Positions 12,442-23,498 of a DNA stretch of 48,893 nucleotides are shown in pieces; the first letter of the stretch is position 1; the number at the start of each line of letters is the position of its first letter. The position numbers were made by a program, and so were the translations under genes. Location: assembly GCF_006345805.1 (NCBI RefSeq), contig NW_021834362.1, positions 1 to 48,893 on the forward strand, read 5' to 3'. The stretch is from Octopus sinensis. Taxonomy: Eukaryota. The notes beneath the pieces were generated by a model that had not been told where the DNA came from, did not search any database, and was given only the letters and a program-made list of their open reading frames with translations.

Positions 12442-13199
12442 AGCCGTTTAAGAATTTGGACCTGGAGATCTCCATTTCCAGCGACTTCCAGTGGTATCGG
12501 GCGTCAACGAAGAGCCCTCGACTACAACAAGACGACCAAAGTTTTTTTTTGGTTTTTCAAGGTCTGGGGGTCTCCCGCCCCTGAGCCCCAGACCATCACC
12601 TAATCACCCTTACCCGTCTTGTTGCTTAACAACAACAACAACAACAACAACAACAGCAGCAGCAGCAGCAGCAGCAACAACAACAACAACCGCAAAACTC
12701 TTAAGGTCGAGGATGCTGTTGGGACCCTTGGTAATAACCATAACTCAGACAAGTGTTTTTTTTTTTTGCATCACAATTTGGACCTTCATCATAGACTCGA
12801 ACCTAACCCACTGGTCTAACAATGTCACAAGTTCAATAATCACACCCAACAGCTCAGCTGATTAATTATTATTATTATTGTTGTTTTCTTTTGTTTTTCG
12901 TTGACAAGCTTTATTCACAATTCCAATAACCGTTGTTTCGTAATTGCTTTGGATTTTGTCATAAAATGTCTCCAAGAGAATCTGTAGCAATGACTATGAG
13001 AATTTGTAGTCAACATCTACACAGTCTTGGAAAACAGTTGCTAAGTGTCAATAGTCGACCTCTCACTCTCTTTCAGTATATTTTTACTAGCATTTTTTTT
13101 TGTTTCTGTTTTTGAGAATTTCTTCAACGTTCTTTGGAATTTCAATGTGCAGCTGTTTTCTTTTGTTATGTGAACAAAAAATAGTAGGTGTGAGTGTTG

Positions 13200-14480
13200 G
13201 GGGAGAGTAAGGATAGAGAGAGAGAGAGAGAGAGTGTGTGAGTGTGTGTGAAGAATATAGTGATAGAGAATAAAGAGAGAGAGAGAGATTAAAGTAGTGA
13301 GCTCTCAGAACGCATATTTGAGGGAGAGTAAGGAGAGAGAGTGTGTGTGTAAAGGAGAGAGAATATTTGATGGCGAGAGAGAATGTTTGAGGGAGAGAGA
13401 GAGAGTAAGAGAGTGAAAGAGAAAGAAAATGAGAGAGAGAGAGAGTAAGAGAGTAAGAGAGTGAATGAAAGAATGAGGAAGAGACTGAAAGGGCGAGGTG
13501 ATGTGGGAGAGAATTAGTGAGTGAGAAAGAGAATGAAGGAGGAGAGGAAGGGAGAGTGAATGAGGGCTGAGAATGAGAGAGTGAAGAGAGAGTGACAATG
13601 AGGGGTGGGGAGAGGGAAAGAGAAGTAATGTAAGGAAGTGAAAAAGTATTCGAGAAATGAGAGGAGAAAAAAGGTTCAGAGAATACAATACACACACATA
13701 CACATAATCGCACACGCACATGCAACTATACACGTACACACACTCACACACGCAATCACACACGCAATCACACACTGACAGTGACATACTCCAACACACA
13801 CATACACCCAATCACTTCCACACATACACACGCATACTAACACCTATACCCGCATACACAGACACACACAGTGACACCAACACATACATACTAAGTGGCA
13901 TAGAGACCGAGTGAAACACACATACTGACATACACACACACACACACTGACATACACACGCAGACAGACACAATCACACACGCGAACACACACACTGGCA
14001 TACAGACACACTGGCCATACAGACACACCATACAACAACACACACACACATACAATACACAAACACAACACACACTGACATACACACACACATACACACA
14101 TACAAATACACACACCACACTGACATACACACACACACATACAAACACACACACACACACACACATACAAACACACACACACTGACATACACACACACAT
14201 ACACACACTGATATACACAAACACACACACACCACACACACATACAAATACACACACACACACAAATACACAAACACACACAAGCCAGATGGAATGAGGA
14301 AGAAATAATATAAATAAATGGAGTAATTAAAGTGAAGAAAGTTGAAAAATAGGAGAGAAATAAAAAAACGAAGGAAAATGTGAAGGAGAGAAAGAAGGAT
14401 AAGAAAGATTAAATGTGAAGAAAATCAGGTGAGAGGAAAGAAAGAAAGAAAGAAAGGAAAAAGAAAGAAAAGGTAAAGGA
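13200..14480. repeat. Compound low-complexity block: GA-rich purine tract, then CA-rich tract, then GA-rich tract
   Basis: 13200-13680 GA-rich, 13685-14281 degenerate CA, 14290-14480 A/G-rich; seen directly. Confidence 0.95.
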
Positions 14481-15291
14481 AGAAGAATAAATAAATGAAG
14501 TGTTTATCAATTGCTGTGATTTCTGGTGATTGATTTACAGTGGTGGTGGCAGTGGGAGGTGGTCATATAGTGGGGGGAAAGCGGTGGTGGTGGTGGTGGT
14601 GGTGCTGGTAGGTGGTGGTGGTGGTAGTTGTGTAGCGGGCTTTGGAAGGGACGACCATGAAAATAACAAGATTGGTACCGGTGTTTGTAGAACAACAGTA
14701 AAAACAAACACACACACACACACACACAAAACTAATAGTGGTAGGTGGTGGTGGTGGTGGAAGTAGTAGTGGTAGTAGTCGTGGCAGTGGTAGTAGTGGT
14801 AGTGGTGGTAGTGGTGGTGACGGTAATGGTGGTATATACTATATTTCTTTTATAGGCCACAAGGCGACAATAACAAAACAAGCGACAAGTGGGGGCTTAG
14901 CACAAAAACGATGACAGCAACAAAATTTAAGCAATAAGATTCCCCCTAAGATGTAGGGTGTTCCACTCAGGGCCATCCAAGGAACCGACACATCCTGGTC
15001 ATCCTGACCGCCAAGGGCACTCCAGGCAGGGCACCTCTCTCCTTCTCATCTTCACCGGTTTTCAGGTGTATGCTCAGGGTAGACCCATTCACAACGCCAA
15101 TAATAATTATCATAATAAAAATCCCAATAAAAACTGTTTGATATTATTGTGACTGTTCTTATTACTGTTGTTTTTATTGTTATTGTTGTAGTTGTTGTTT
15201 TTGTTGCTATTGTTATTTTATTGTCCTGCTGATGTTGCATTTTTAAGCATACTGCTTTTTTTTGTTTTGTTTTCTTTTTTTTTTTTTGTAA

Positions 15292-15515
15292 AAGCGGCAA
15301 GATGGCAGAATTGTAAGCGCGCCGGACAAAATGCTTAGCAGCAACGCGTCCGTTTTCTTTTTTTTACGTTCTAGATTCAAAAGTCGCTGGGATCGACTTT
15401 GCCTTTCCTCCTTTTGGGGGTCGATAACATAAGTACCATTTGAGCACTGGTATCGATGCAATCGACTTAGCCCCAACCCTGAGGTTGTTGGCTTTGTGCC
15501 AAAATTTGAAAGCAG
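15292..15515 (+). mobile_element. SINE family A
   Basis: aagcggcaagatggcagaattgtaagcgcgccggacaaaatgcttagc...gatcgactttgcctttcctccttttgggggtcgataacataagtacca. Confidence 0.85.
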
Positions 15516-16109
15516 TATTTCTATCTGGAAAGTCCATCTTCTCTCAAGTCCCTCCATGTTGTTTCACGTTCAGTTTGAATACTTTTAATATCATACTTCA
15601 TGAAGAATTGGATGAAAAAAAAAAAATGAAGGCTCCCAATTTGTTACTAAGCAGCTTGTCCTCTGTAAGTATTTCTTCTAAGAGCGTAAGTTCTTCGGAG
15701 GGCCGCTCGTCATCCTGAGCGGGATGAGTTTGGATATTTTCTATTCTTTTCTGAACAATCTTTACTTACCGAAGCGACCTCCTGACATTTCGTAGAACTC
15801 GAGGAACAGTTAAACTAAGAAACAAACCGTCAACAGACTAGACTTTTTTCAAGATGAACGCATGCTCCAAGTTTTTTACTCTCAAGGCCTACTCTAAGTG
15901 TTTACTTGGTGTTGGAACACCAAGTGTCTACTCCAACTTTTTTTCCAGAATATCTTTAATGTTCCAAACAGATGTAAATAAAACTTTTCTCCGTACTCAA
16001 AGACAATTGAAGAAGGGCTCCATTAGTTGTTTATGTTATAGGTCGCGTTATTGAGGCGCCGTTTGGAGCCGGGTGCCATGAAACTCTAAATAACTCAAAG
16101 TATTACTGA

Positions 16110-16270
16110 TCAAGCTTGCTTCCCAACCACATAGCTCCGAGTTCAGTCTCAATGCGTGACACCTTGGGTAAGTGTATTCTACTATAGCTTCGAACAGACC
16201 AAAACCTTGTGAGTGGATATGGGAGACGGAAAATGGAAAAATCCCGTCGTATATATGTATATATATGTAA

Positions 16271-16320
<50 letters not shown>

Positions 16321-16525
16321 GTTTGTGTCTGTCCACTTGAAAACCGGTGTTAGTGTGTTTACGTCTTCGTAACCTGGCAATTAGGTAAAAAAGCACGATA
16401 AAACAAGAACCGATCTTAAAAGTAATAAGCACTGGGGCCAATTCATTCGACTAAAAATTCTTCGAAGCAGTGCCCCAGCATGGCCGCAGTCTAAGTGACT
16501 GAAGCAACTAAAGGGTAAAAGAATA
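16110..16525 (+). mobile_element. SINE family B, near full length, diverged
   Basis: Head, internal TA/TG microsatellite and 3' body (ccccagcatggccgcagtctaagtgactgaagcaactaaagggtaaaagaata) are colinear with the other family B copies. Confidence 0.88.
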
Positions 16526-16538
16526 TCTATAGATATAA

Positions 16539-16666
<128 letters not shown>

Positions 16667-16686
16667 TAATAATAATTATAATGATA

Positions 16687-17207
16687 ATTCCAGTACATAC
16701 AGACCGAACCATCAAGGCAATAAACCAGATATTGTTGTGAAAGACCAAAACAATAAAGTTTGCTTATTGATCGACATGAGCATCCCCTGTGATCATAATA
16801 TCTCAGCGAAAGAGTTTGACAAGCTCAGAAAATATAAAGACCTACTCATTGAAATTGAGAAAATGTGGCATCTCAAGGCGGTTACAATACCAGTGATCGT
16901 AGGAGCACTAGGAATGATCAAGAAGGGAACCGAAAATTATATGAGAATGATCCCTGGCTTACCATCCCTGCAAGAAGTGCAAAAGATTGTCTTAACTGGT
17001 ACATCACACGTATTGAGAAGAGCATTGTCGATGTGAGAACTGTTGCTGCTCATGTATTTTAATTTAACTTTAAAAAAAAAAAAAAATGCACGAACTACTG
17101 AGTTTGGTTTAATGGCCTACCAATATACACTATGAGTTTCTTTGCCCTAGGAGTCGGGAAGACACTCGGCAAGAAATGGAAGCAAATTTGAAAGAAGAAA
17201 AAAAAAG
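16687..17207 (+). mobile_element. 5'-truncated Dong/R4-clade non-LTR retrotransposon (restriction-like endonuclease domain + 3' UTR) in a (TAA)n array
   Basis: Uninterrupted frame IPVHTDRTIKANKPDIVVKDQNNKVCLLIDMSIPCDHNISAKEFDKLRKYKDL...VTIPVIVGALG...LQEVQKIVLTGTSHVLRRALSM* (stop at 17034-17036), a PD..D..K RLE signature. (AAT)n on both sides, the known Dong target. Confidence 0.92.
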
Positions 17208-17291
17208 TAATAATAATAATGATAATAATGATAATAATAATAATTATTATAATAATGATTATGTGCGTCTGCGTTCGCGCGTGTATGTAGC

Positions 17292-17566
17292 AAAATACGA
17301 AGGCTGTGGTCAATCAAGAGAACAGACGTGATACCAATGGGAATTGGTGAACTTGGAAGTATCAGCACTCAGCTACCAACATGACTGGAAAAGATCGGTG
17401 CAAGTGTGAAGGTGGAAAACCTACAAAAACCAGCATTGCTGGGAACTACAAGAATTCTTTGCAGGGTTCTTGAAGCATGACCAGTAAATATGTGTCACCT
17501 TAGTCCGCTGCTTGTGGACAGCTGACGCTTTCCATCATACCCAGCAAAATAAGCAGTGAGTTTTCA
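17292..17566 (+). mobile_element. Dong/R4-clade 3' end, second family
   Basis: KIRRLWSIKRTDVIPMGIGELGSISTQLPT*LEKIGASVKVENLQKPALLGTTRILCRVLEA* followed by a different 3' UTR and an (AAT)n tract. Confidence 0.82.
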
Positions 17567-17662
17567 TATAATAATAATGATATATAATAATAATAATAAT
17601 ATAATAATAATAATATATATATTATATATATATATATGTTTGGATTAACTATATAAATATAT

Positions 17663-17720
<58 letters not shown>

Positions 17721-17754
17721 CACATACATATACATACATACATACATACATACA

Positions 17755-17781
<27 letters not shown>

Positions 17782-17803
<22 letters not shown>

Positions 17804-17925
17804 TGGTAAAAACGGTAAGACAACAAAAGAAAGAAAGAGATCTCGATATTATGTAAATAGAGGAATTTATCTTTCGGTAGCCATGATAAAACTCGGAGTT
17901 TTATCATGGCTACAGAATAATTGTC
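17782..17925. mobile_element. Penelope-like terminal fragment, homologous to 21372-21490, with a local inversion
   Basis: Shares ttggtaaaaacggtaagac...ctcgatattatgtaaatagaggaatttatct and tagccatgataaaactc with 21372-21490; abuts (TA)n. The Penelope assignment is inferred. Confidence 0.5.
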
Positions 17926-18546
17926 ATATATATATTTATGTGTATGTATGTATGTATGCATGCTTGTATGTATGTATTTATATATGTATGTACAATCGGT
18001 ATATTCGACGGCATAATTAAAGATTTGGTTTGAGTGAGTTTATTACAATATCATGAATCATTTAATCCTACATGTGTTTTAATGACGAAAATTTGTACGT
18101 AATACGACATTCGTTACATAAACGGTTACATAATAGAATTGCAATGCCAGATCTTCAGGGGAATATTGTAATTTAATTCAGTACTGTCAACCGACCTATA
18201 TATATGATTGAATTACAATATTCCACTGAGGATCTGGCCTGTGAAACGCACGTAAGATTAAGTAAATCACTTATACCAATTCTTCTGTTTTACTCAATGT
18301 TCGGAGATTCAGTCGGTAAATCATTCATATGTATATTATATCAAGTAAAACACACGCGATAAAATAAGGCTTAATACTTCATTGAAATTTGGATAGACAT
18401 GGATTTACACCTTCTAAACAATGAATAACTACTGTGCTGTCTCAGTCGAGATAGCACTACTTGATTACACGCGCACTCAAATTTACAGGTATGTTTATGT
18501 ATAAATACACAGGCATGTGTATTTGTGCATGCGTGTGTGTAGGTGT

Positions 18547-18582
<36 letters not shown>

Positions 18583-19363
18583 CGTGCGTGCGTGTGTGCC
18601 TCCTCGCGTGTATGTAGCATAAGTATGTTCGAAAAAGATCAAATTTATACCGTGATTCTACACACGTAATAGGGTGGGTATTATCGGCTGAAGAGGAGCG
18701 GAAAACAACCAAGAAACGAAATTTTAAGCAGTTAACCATGAATATATGAAGTAATGTGAATTATATAATTAGATCGATCGATCGATAGATTGATATATAG
18801 ATTTACATAAACATAAACATATATATAATATATATATATATATATACATATATACACACATATGTATATATATATATGTATATGTACGTATATATACACA
18901 AACACACACATACATACACATAAACACACACACACATGCACGTACACACACACACACCTATAACTATTGTACACGCTGACAAACACTGTATATATCTTAC
19001 AAATGTAACACAGTGAGATCTTTCGATTAGCAAACGCCCTCTATCCAGTTAGTAAACAAAAATTCCCTCTTTAGATATTTAAGTTAGGAAAGTAACAATT
19101 ATATGCAACTATAGAAAATGTTGTCCTTACTGTATTTTCAATTTATTTGTTTTATTAGAGTTACCTCCCCTTCAAAAAAGATGTAAATGTACTACGAGAG
19201 TGCTTTGGTTTAGTTTATTGCATGGATCGTCTGAGTTAATCGAAGGTTTATAATCCAGTGTGTTACATTTAGAACAGCCTACTGGTTTATTGTGTTTAAT
19301 ATGTCGGAAAGCTTCGTCGACATTAGCCTCGGTCGTATTATTGATATACAGAACAAAGCCTAC

Positions 19364-19598
19364 CTCATCTGCTGATCCATTTGTGCCTTTTCGATCCGTT
19401 TGTCTTTCGCTCTTCGGTTCTGGAACCAGATCTTGATCTGGGTTTCTGTCAAGTTCAACATCTCAGCCAATTCGAATCGCCGAGGTCGTGTGATATATTC
19501 AGTTCGGTTATACTCCAGTTCTAACTTCAGTGTCTGCTCACTGGTGAATGTCGTACGCTGACGTCGGGGACGGTTCTCTTTCCTTTTCCGTCTTTGAA
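19364..19598 (-). CDS. ro: Homeobox exon of rough (Ro family, ANTP class); homeodomain at 19390-19569
   Basis: Translates as [78 protein letters not shown]. The motifs [48 protein letters not shown] match Drosophila Rough as I recall it. Strong acceptor (tttcttttctttttctttttccAG at 19599-19600, phase 1). Possible donor AG|GTAGGC at 19363-19362, which overlaps an in-frame TAG (19360-19362). Confidence 0.92.
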
Positions 19599-20590
19599 CT
19601 GGAAAAAGAAAAAGAAAAGAAACGTACAAAAGGTGAAAATATTCAAGTATAAATATTGATTTCTAACATTGAAATAAAATCACATTTTAAGAAAGAGTAG
19701 CGATGATAAAATCTATCTATTCCTTGCTTTCCGCACAAGATGTGAGACATTACAAAGAGGGTAGGTATATAGACAAAGAGGTGAAATATATGTGCTAATT
19801 GATAAGCTTTTTTTTACAGGAAATAAATAATATGTTTATCATATTCCTTTAATGTAACTCATTAATACAACTAAATTACTATTTACTAACTAACTATAAA
19901 TCTCTATTAATAATACTCTGATATATATAATTTTTTATAAATATGAAATGATTTCTATACTCCCCATCCCTATAAAAGATCCTAAAATGCATTAGAATCC
20001 TTTAAAAATAACTATCTAAAAGATATCTATTTAATATCACAAGCAGGCTTATGGTTGTTAAATGGTTAAGGAGCATTAGAAGTCTCTATTCTCCCTACCC
20101 CACTAGCTTCAGCCTACTTACTTTTGCTAGAATACAGCCAAATGTACAAAAGTTAAATTCCTCATAACATGGTTGGATTTTTAGCTCTACCATTTAAACT
20201 GCCCCTTCCTCTATCTATAAATAGAAAAACAATTCTTGATTGTCTCCACCGAACGTAATAGAAAACCCCTTCCCCATTGGTAAATCAAAATAACAAAGTG
20301 AACTCAGTGATAAAAAATCTGCCCATGAGCAAAGGTCTTCTACTACCATGGTTTTATTGATGAATGTCACCTCTCTGTCTATATACCTACCCTCTTTGTA
20401 ATGTTGGCAAATAGAATAAGTGTAAAAATGAACATTGTTAATTTAATTTTTAAAATTCCATATGTGGCTGAAGAGTGCTCTACATTTTAAAACTGATGTA
20501 ATACTTACATGTTTAATTAAATGAAGCAGCATGAAACGATTGTACTACACTACCTTTGGATATCCTTGTTGCTTATTTTGATTAATTATA

Positions 20591-20626
<36 letters not shown>

Positions 20627-20650
20627 TATATATATATACACATACACACA

Positions 20651-20696
<46 letters not shown>

Positions 20697-21134
20697 ACAC
20701 ACACATGTTAGATTAATTCGGGTCTGTGCAACTTAAAGTTTCGTAGATTCGTCAAACGAACAATAAATTCGTCAGGTTCGTAGAACCAATTGAGGAGGAG
20801 ATCAAGCTGGCTTCCGGCTATAGAACTGCCGTTGGTCAACGCAGATCATATGATGTTATCAATTTAGGAGCGACATCAGTTACTGCATAGAATTGCTTGG
20901 GCAGCGTGTTAGGACAGGATGTAGGTGGCGGTGTTCTTCTGTCATGGGAGAGAGGCTCGGTTCGCTAGCAACAACTGTTAGCTAGTAGTATACATAACGC
21001 ACGCGCGCGCACAAAATCTGATGGTTATCGCTAGCGAGCCGATCCCCTGTGTCTCTAGACCAATGTCTGTCACCAACATCTGTCCGAACATGAAGTCCTA
21101 AAATTCCTTCGATCAGTGTAGTTTATTCGATTTG

Positions 21135-21298
21135 TATAGGCGCAGGTGTGGCTGTGTGGTAAGAAGTTTCTTCCCAACCACATGCTACCTGGTTCAGTCC
21201 CACTGCATGGCACCTTGGGCAAGTGTCTTTACTATGGCCTCGGTCCGACCTAAGTCTTGTGAGTCGATTGGGTAGACGGAAACTGAAACAAAGCTGTC
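21135..21298 (+). mobile_element. SINE family B, 5' half
   Basis: ataggcgcaggtgtggctgtgtggtaag...ggttcagtcccactgcatggcaccttgggcaagtgtc...ggtagacggaaactgaaac. Confidence 0.9.
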
Positions 21299-21366
<68 letters not shown>

Positions 21367-21371
21367 TATAT

Positions 21372-21640
21372 ATTGATAAAAATGGTAAGACCGAAGAAAG
21401 AAGAGACCTCGATATTATGTAAATAGAGGAATTTATCTGAAATATGTGACAATTATTCAGTAGCCATGATAAAACTCCGAGTTTCGGATGCCGAGATGGA
21501 AAACAACGCCACCATCTCTTCAGTTATCCGGCCATCGGAAAATGCTATGAAAATGATCGTTAACAAAGGGAAATTACTGTGTGATTGACCGTTATTAAGA
21601 CAAAAGAGCTATTCCAATGACCACTAAGTAAGGGGTAAAA
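21372..21640. mobile_element. Penelope-like terminal fragment
   Basis: Homologous to 17782-17925. The minus strand carries a hammerhead-like arrangement (CGGAT...long hairpin...ATCC-GAAAC). Class is inferred. Confidence 0.45.
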
Positions 21641-22084
21641 GTTCATAGTATTCGCGTAAGCGCCGCCTGTTCATACCTACACATGTGCGCCCGCACACCT
21701 ACATGTGTTTGTGTTCGTTGCTCATTGAATTGAACACTGTCAGGATGTGCGTTGGTGGCCGTCTTGAATCGAAGAACCGTTGAAGGCCGCGACTGCAAGG
21801 TAGGCACTTGTTTTTTTTAGGGAATCGGTGGGGAATTTGTTGGTATGACCTTATTTTACCTTTTTTCATATAAGAAGTCCTCACTGGTCCTGGACATTTG
21901 TCTGCTGCAGTCGCACTGAGTAACTCTCTCAGCAGTGACATTATTTTGTTTTGCTGGGCGTGTCCCGCTACCAAACTTTGAAAAATTTATGAAAAATTCG
22001 ACCCATTCGACCTGCTACGGTGAACTGGAATATGTGTGTGAAGCAATATTCTTGTAAATTATCTGTGGCCGGGATTACCTGAGT

Positions 22085-23498
22085 AGCGGAAGTGTGTTGC
22101 CGTGCCTTCTTCCCTTCATTTTTTTTTCCTCTGCTGTCTTTCTGTTTTTTCTTTGTGTTTCTTGGACATTTTATTTGAACATTTAAATTTTGGTGTTGAA
22201 CTTTTTTCCTGTGTTTTTTGCAAGCATGGCAAAAATAAAAATACTACTGCCTTGGAGTGGGAAATTGTGCCCCCCAAGCAGTGGGTAAAGGACTTTATGA
22301 GAGAACGGTGGTGTTGAGGACATATTCCAAGTCCCCGACACCATCACTGTGTTCTCTCAAGTGGACATTGAGAAAGATTTGGCAGAATACCTCCCCACTA
22401 TCAAGTTTATTGCAAGGGTGTCAATATACAACAGTGTGGTTGCTATTTGACACCCCTGAGGAGGCTCGCATTTTTGCGAGTCAGCCCCTGGAGGGGGAAA
22501 AATCCTGTTTCATCCCACATATCGAGGGAGGAAATTGACAAGAGCTTGGGTGTGTGGGCTGCCACCCGAATAGAGCCCCGAGTGGATAGAGGTCACTATC
22601 CGCCGGGTCTGGTTGGAAACGGAACCAAGCTCTTAAATGTTAAAATGTTGCCTGCGGGTTGAGTGGGTGGGGTCAAAAGCATTTTTGACCCTGTGGACCC
22701 AATCAGCCGATGATCTGGAGTTTCCAGATTTTTTAGGATGGCCGGGTACAGGTATCCAGTGATTCTTGAGGGACGCCCCCAAGTGTCATCAGTGCATGGA
22801 GCCTGGCCACATTAAGAAGAACTGTCCCTAGGACCAGAGCAGTGTCCTGAAGCAGTTAGTTGCGGAAGAACCCCCCTCCTCCTCCAGAAGGAGAGATGGA
22901 GGAAGAGGGAGTGACCTCCCCCGGAAAAAATGGGAGAAAAAGGAAGAAGGGGAGCAACAATGGTTGCTCTCCGAGGGATCCCAAGGTTGCGGGAGGAGGC
23001 GATGTTCCTGCGGTTATGGTGAAGGAGCCAACTCCTCCCGCACCAAAAATAAAAAGGAAAAGGAAATAAGAATGGGACAGTGCCGGAGGTGGCAATGTAC
23101 TGCCGGCATGACCCGAGGCCTCTTCGGTGGGAATCGTGCCACCGACGGAGGAAGATGAGGATCTTCCCTGTGAAAGTAAAGAATATGTGGTATCCTGTCT
23201 TAAGGGAGGAGTTGTTGACAACTTTGTGAATGATTGTCTTGTAAGTCAGGACCTCATGGAATCGGCCTGTACTGAAAATCATTACTGGCCGCCGCAGATG
23301 GCGGCGCTGGTGGTGAAAGAAAGATTTCTTTCGAATAGTGGAGTCCTGTTCGAAGAAATATTACAATTATCTCTTTTGGAGACTCGAATTGCAGCTGCGG
23401 GATTACCTGCAGGCGGCAAGAGAATTGACAGGGGATGCTTGAAGAGACTTGCTGTCACAGTTTGGGTAAGAGGTTTATTGGGATCTTTTCAATTCTGA
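22085..23498 (+). mobile_element. Tx1-like LINE 5' UTR + frameshifted ORF1 (gag-like); ORF2 absent
   Basis: Pyrimidine-rich 5' UTR and ATG at 22226. YERTVVLRTYSK and FDTPEEARIFA (RRM-like), a CX2CX4HX4C knuckle CHQCMEPGHIKKNC at 22784-22825, then a Pro/Glu/Lys-rich linker. Several frameshifts. Confidence 0.75.

Noticed and set aside
15770-15814. 45-nt minus-strand micro-exon with good splice sites (ttcttAG...G|GTAAGT), open in phase with the homeobox exon (SLTVPRVLRNVRRSLR)
   Set aside because: It lies in a stretch that looks like decayed LINE sequence and has no recognisable Rough similarity; a chance splice-site pair is likely. Only cDNA could rescue it.
22075-22081. TTACCTG at the Tx1 5' junction as a U1 snRNA target
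   Set aside because: Only a 7-nt match, with no further U1 similarity.
23127-23498. 123-aa ORF as a host gene
   Set aside because: Contiguous with the frameshifted Tx1-like ORF1 and its CCHC knuckle; better explained as the ORF1 C-terminal part.
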